Shown: positions 60,533-64,000 of the stretch, piece by piece
How the letters are laid out: every line of letters begins with the position of its first letter
Numbering within the stretch: the stretch's first letter is position 1
Source of the DNA: an uncultured Rhodospirillaceae bacterium
Lineage (GTDB): Bacteria > Pseudomonadota > Alphaproteobacteria > UBA11136
Direction: 5' to 3'
Length of the DNA stretch: 64,000 nucleotides
Assembly (NCBI GenBank): GCA_964486105.1
Contig: CAZAKR010000005.1
Location: 7,384-71,383, forward strand
Program-made: the position numbers and the translations under genes
The notes under the pieces: generated by a model
What the model was told of the DNA's origin: nothing
The model's input: the letters and a program-made list of their open reading frames with translations, nothing else
The model's database searches: none

Positions 60533-62129
60533 CGGTTTGGCCGGTTTCTGCTTCACCATTTTCACCCTCGCCGTTCGTCGTCGCCTCGGACGCAGCTTCC
60601 GCTTCCGCGGCGGCGGCGTCTTCTTCCTCGAACCAATGGGCGCGCGCCGCCATGATGGTTTCGTTTGCCTGGTCTTCCGACATTTTCACGCCAACCAGAA
60701 TTTCCCGCAATTCGTCGCTGGCGAGATCGGCGAGATCATCAAGGCTCTTCACGCCCGCCTCGCCCAAAGTCACCAGATCGGGAAGGGAGAGATTGGGCAT
60801 ATCGACCAGTTCGTCGGAAACCCCGAGCTCGGCCCGTTTGTCGTTCTGTACCTTGTCGCGGGCAGCCAGATAATTGCGCGCCCGAGTACGCAGCTCCTCG
60901 GTAAGGCCTTCGTCGAAACCTTCGATTTCGGTCAGATTTTCGACTGGCACGAAAGCCACTTCCTCGACGGAGGAAAAGCCTTCTGTAACCAACAGGTGGG
61001 CAATGACGTCGTCGATGTCGAGGGCCTCTATGAATGTCTTTGAACGCGAATGGAACTCTTCCTGGCGGCGCTCGGATTCCTGGGCCTCGGTCAGAATATC
61101 AATATCCCAGCCGGTAAGAATCGAGGCCAGACGCACGTTCTGGCCGCGCCGCCCGATGGCAAGGCTCAACTGCTCGTCGGGCACCACCACCTCGATCCGC
61201 CTTGTGTCTTCATCGATCACGACCTTGGTCACCTCGGCAGGAGCCAGGGAATTAACGACGAAGGTCGCGGTGTCGGGAGACCAGGGAATGATATCGATCT
61301 TTTCTCCCTGCAATTCGCTGACCACGGCCTGAACCCGCGAGCCGCGCATGCCGACACAAGCGCCGACAGGATCAATGCTGGACTCGTTGGAGTGAACGGC
61401 AATTTTGGCGCGGCTGCCGGGGTCACGGGCCACCGACTTGATTTCGATGATGCCGTCGTAAATCTCCGGCACTTCCTGGACAAAGAGCTTGGCCATGAAT
61501 TGTGGATGAGCGCGGGAAAGGAAAACCTGGGGACCGCGCAACTCCTCGCGGACATCATAGATATAGGCCCGCACCCGATCGGAACGGCGGAAAGTTTCGC
61601 GGCCCAACAGCTCTTCACGGCGCAGAACGGCTTCGCCGTGGCCGAGATCGGCGATGACGTTGCCAAACTCGACGCGCTTGACGACGCCGTTGACGATCTC
61701 GCCGATGCGATCTTTGTATTCCTCGTACTGGCGCTTGCGTTCGGCCTCGCGGACCCGCTGAACGATAACCTGCTTGGCGGTCTGGGCGGCGATCCGGCCG
61801 AAATCAATCGGCGGCAGAGGGTCGATCAGAAAATCACCGATCTCGGCATCCGCCTTGGTCTTCTTGGCTTCGTCGAGGGTCGTCTGGGTGACCTCGTTCT
61901 CGACCTCTTCGACGACTTCGATATAACGGGCAAGCAGGATTTCTCCATTCTTGCGGTCGATCTCGGCGCGAATATCGAATTCATGGCCGTATTTCGAACG
62001 GCCCGCCTTCTGGATCGCCATTTCCATAGCTTCCAGAACCTCTTCGCGGTCGATGTTCTTTTCCCGCGCAACCGCATCGGCGACCTGCAGAAGATCGGCC
62101 AGGTTCAGTTGCTGCGCACTGGTCTCCAT
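60489..62129 (-). CDS. nusA: Transcription termination/antitermination factor NusA
   Basis: N-terminal RNAP-binding domain (…LLQVADAVAREKNIDREEVLEAME…), S1, KH1 and KH2 domains, and C-terminal acidic repeat domains. Confidence 0.9.
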   Translation of the reverse strand: METSAQQLNLADLLQVADAVAREKNIDREEVLEAMEMAIQKAGRSKYGHEFDIRAEIDRKNGEILLARYIEVVEEVENEVTQTTLDEAKKTKADAEIGDFLIDPLPPIDFGRIAAQTAKQVIVQRVREAERKRQYEEYKDRIGEIVNGVVKRVEFGNVIADLGHGEAVLRREELLGRETFRRSDRVRAYIYDVREELRGPQVFLSRAHPQFMAKLFVQEVPEIYDGIIEIKSVARDPGSRAKIAVHSNESSIDPVGACVGMRGSRVQAVVSELQGEKIDIIPWSPDTATFVVNSLAPAEVTKVVIDEDTRRIEVVVPDEQLSLAIGRRGQNVRLASILTGWDIDILTEAQESERRQEEFHSRSKTFIEALDIDDVIAHLLVTEGFSSVEEVAFVPVENLTEIEGFDEGLTEELRTRARNYLAARDKVQNDKRAELGVSDELVDMPNLSLPDLVTLGEAGVKSLDDLADLASDELREILVGVKMSEDQANETIMAARAHWFEEEDAAAAEAEAASEATTNGEGENGEAETGQTDAKEEAGAKDGGEA

Positions 62130-62180
62130 CATTTCAGACCCGTATTCTACCATTTCTTTCGGTCCTCTTCTTTCTTTCCC

Positions 62181-62693
62181 CTAATCCCGGCTTCGCCCAG
62201 CGAAGTCCAGCAGTTCATCAGTTAACACGAGCTTGGCGCGATGAATGGAGTCCATCGGCACTTGCCGCTCGCCTTCTTCAATCTCAATCCGCACCAGGCC
62301 GTCCTTGATACCAAGCAGGCGACCCCGATAGCGCTTGCGTCCGTCGATCGGCGCATCGGTTTCTATCTTCACCTCGAACCCGGCATAGGTTTCGAAATCC
62401 TTGGACCGGGTCAAGGGCCGGTCAATTCCCGGCGACGACACTTCCAGGGTGTACTGCCCCGGCACCGGATCCTCGACATCCAGCAGGGCCGAAATCGCCC
62501 GCGAGACCTTGGCGCAATAATCGACGATCATTTCCGCCCCGTCCTGGCGTTCGATCATGATCTGCAACAAGGCGTCGCCTTCTCCCCGGCCCTTGCGCCC
62601 GACACGGCCCACAATCTGGACCCGGACGATCTCAAAGCCCAGAGATTCGACGGTCGGCGTAATCAATGCCTCGATTCGCTCGGACAGTTCCAT
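62181..62693 (-). CDS. rimP: Ribosome maturation factor RimP
   Basis: …TVESLGFEIVRVQ…YTLEVSSPGIDRPL… matches RimP/DUF150. It is upstream of nusA. Confidence 0.9.
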   Translation of the reverse strand: MELSERIEALITPTVESLGFEIVRVQIVGRVGRKGRGEGDALLQIMIERQDGAEMIVDYCAKVSRAISALLDVEDPVPGQYTLEVSSPGIDRPLTRSKDFETYAGFEVKIETDAPIDGRKRYRGRLLGIKDGLVRIEIEEGERQVPMDSIHRAKLVLTDELLDFAGRSRD

Positions 62694-62931
62694 CTACCCC
62701 TCCTTAGCGCCGCGGCGCAGACCGGTGAATGGGCGTCCCTTCTTTTTCGAAAACACAGATGACCAAGCCCTTAAAAAACAAAAGGCGGGCCGCGAAGCCC
62801 ACCCTGCACAGTCCGGATGTGATCCGGTAGCAAAGAGAATATTTAAGAGATACTTAGACCTTTTTCCCGCCAGCGCAAGTGTTTTCGCCTAAATTCTTCC
62901 AAAAAACCCATGTGCCCCCTTAGCGGCGATC

Positions 62932-63717
62932 CTACTCCCCGGGACGGCGGCGAAAAGAGAGATGGACGCAATCTCGACCCGCGGCCCTGGCCTTGGCCTC
63001 ATAGCGGGTCTTGACCCAATCGCCCGGCGCCTGCCGCCAATCCTGCGCCCTGCGCGCCTGCCATTCAAAGGCCGGATGGCCGGTCAGATGGGCCAGCATC
63101 CATTCCACATAGCCGGGATCGTCGGAGGCCAGCCGCAATTCGGCCCCCTCTTTCATTACCCTGGCCAGCTGGTCGAGGGTTTGCGGCGCCACAATACGGC
63201 GCTTCCAGTGGCGCTTTTTCGGCCAGGGGTCGGGGAAAAGAATAAAGGCGCGGCTGATTGATTTGTCTTTCAGCGCTTCGAGCAGAAGCCGGGCGTCGTC
63301 GGGATGGAGCCGGATGTTGCCAAGATCGAGAGCGCTTATATTGGCCAATAGGGCCGCCACCCCGTTGATGAAAGGCTCGCAGCCGATAAACCCGATTTCA
63401 GGATGGGCTTGCGCCTGGGCAGCAAGATGCTCGCCGCCGCCAAAGCCGATTTCAAGCCAGCACTCGAGGGGAGCCGATCCGTCTGCGGCGGTGAAAAGCG
63501 TCGCCGGGTCCAGTTCGCCGGCAGGCCTGGCCTCATCCCCCCCGGCAATAGGAACCGTGAGTTCGGGCAGCAAGGTATTGATCAGATTCCGCCGCGAGGG
63601 CCTGAGCGGCCGGCCCTGTTGCCGCCCGTAAAGTCTGCGCCGGGGGCCCTTATCGCCAGGGCCATCGCCGGTCCTGTTATCGAAAGTACCGCCGCCTTTA
63701 CTCATGGCCCGGCTCAT
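62932..63717 (-). CDS. trmB: tRNA (guanine-N7)-methyltransferase
   Basis: SAM-dependent methyltransferase core (…WLEIGFGGGEHL…FILFPDPWPKKRH…). The start is proposed at MSRAMSKGG; the ORF is extended to 63840. Confidence 0.85.
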   Translation of the reverse strand: MSRAMSKGGGTFDNRTGDGPGDKGPRRRLYGRQQGRPLRPSRRNLINTLLPELTVPIAGGDEARPAGELDPATLFTAADGSAPLECWLEIGFGGGEHLAAQAQAHPEIGFIGCEPFINGVAALLANISALDLGNIRLHPDDARLLLEALKDKSISRAFILFPDPWPKKRHWKRRIVAPQTLDQLARVMKEGAELRLASDDPGYVEWMLAHLTGHPAFEWQARRAQDWRQAPGDWVKTRYEAKARAAGRDCVHLSFRRRPGE

Positions 63718-63730
63718 GCAAAAGCGCTGG

Positions 63731-64000
63731 TCAGGAAAAGGCGGATTTAAGGTCGGCCGCCAGGTCCGTCTGTTCCCAGGAAAACCCGCCGTCCTCTTCC
63801 GGGCTGCGCCCGAAATGACCATAGGCTGCCGTGCGGGCATAAATCGGACGGGATAATTTCAGATGTTCGCGGATACCCCGGGGCGAGAGATCCATCATTT
63901 CCTGAAGGACAGTGGAAAGCTTGTCCTCGTCAACGCCGTCGGCGCCGTGAACATCGACATAGACCGAGATCGGTCGCGACACGCCGATGGCATAGGCGAG
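63731..64000 (-). CDS. metK: S-adenosylmethionine synthetase, 3' end (C-terminal about 90 aa; the gene continues beyond the window end)
   Basis: …YGHFGR… and a C-terminal …[17 protein letters not shown] typical of MetK. The reading frame is open through position 64000. Confidence 0.85.
   Translation of the reverse strand, partial: LAYAIGVSRPISVYVDVHGADGVDEDKLSTVLQEMMDLSPRGIREHLKLSRPIYARTAAYGHFGRSPEEDGGFSWEQTDLAADLKSAFS

Overview
This is a high-GC, alphaproteobacterial-type chromosomal segment with three parts. Left end (1-1240): the 5' end of a UDP-glucuronate decarboxylase-like gene, then a low-GC patch holding a truncated metallophosphoesterase remnant. Left-centre (1241-27526): two paralogous 139-aa tail-anchored proteins flanking a PAS_5-like protein, then a large cobalamin (B12) biosynthesis and salvage cluster. 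The B12 genes are cobT, cobS, cobC, a cobalamin riboswitch, cobU, cobW, cobN, cobO, cobQ, cobD, cbiX, cobH, cobL, cobI, a cbiG-cobJ fusion, cobM, cobK, cbiD, cobA and cobB. The cluster is interrupted by non-canonical genes (a SYLF/Ysc84-domain exported protein, an ankyrin-repeat exported protein, a SCO1/SenC-like protein). It carries oxygen-independent pathway markers (CbiX-long, CbiG, CbiD, no CobG) together with CobW/CobN. Centre (27523-37633): a class A PBP, then the conserved replication-origin neighbourhood gyrB-recF-dnaN-dnaA (minus strand), a rhodanese gene, a 440-bp AT-rich intergenic region (candidate oriC) and rpsT. Right (37764-64000): mutM, ubiE, ubiB, coaBC, dut, then an Rrf2(CymR-like)-cysK-ThiF/MoeB-like-DsrE-like sulfur cluster, a 2-hydroxyacid dehydrogenase and an SH3-domain protein. 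These are followed by a rubrerythrin / HdrD-like CCG Fe-S protein / DUF3501 cluster next to a Fur-family regulator, a nitronate monooxygenase-family gene, the pnp-rpsO-truB-rbfA-infB-ylxR-nusA-rimP operon, trmB and the 3' end of metK. No tRNA or rRNA genes, CRISPR arrays or recognisable mobile elements were seen. The most unusual points are the paralog pair with the PAS_5 gene, the accessory genes embedded in the B12 operons, the mixed-pathway cobalt-insertion gene set, the cysK/ThiF/DsrE module and the rubrerythrin/CCG/DUF3501 module.
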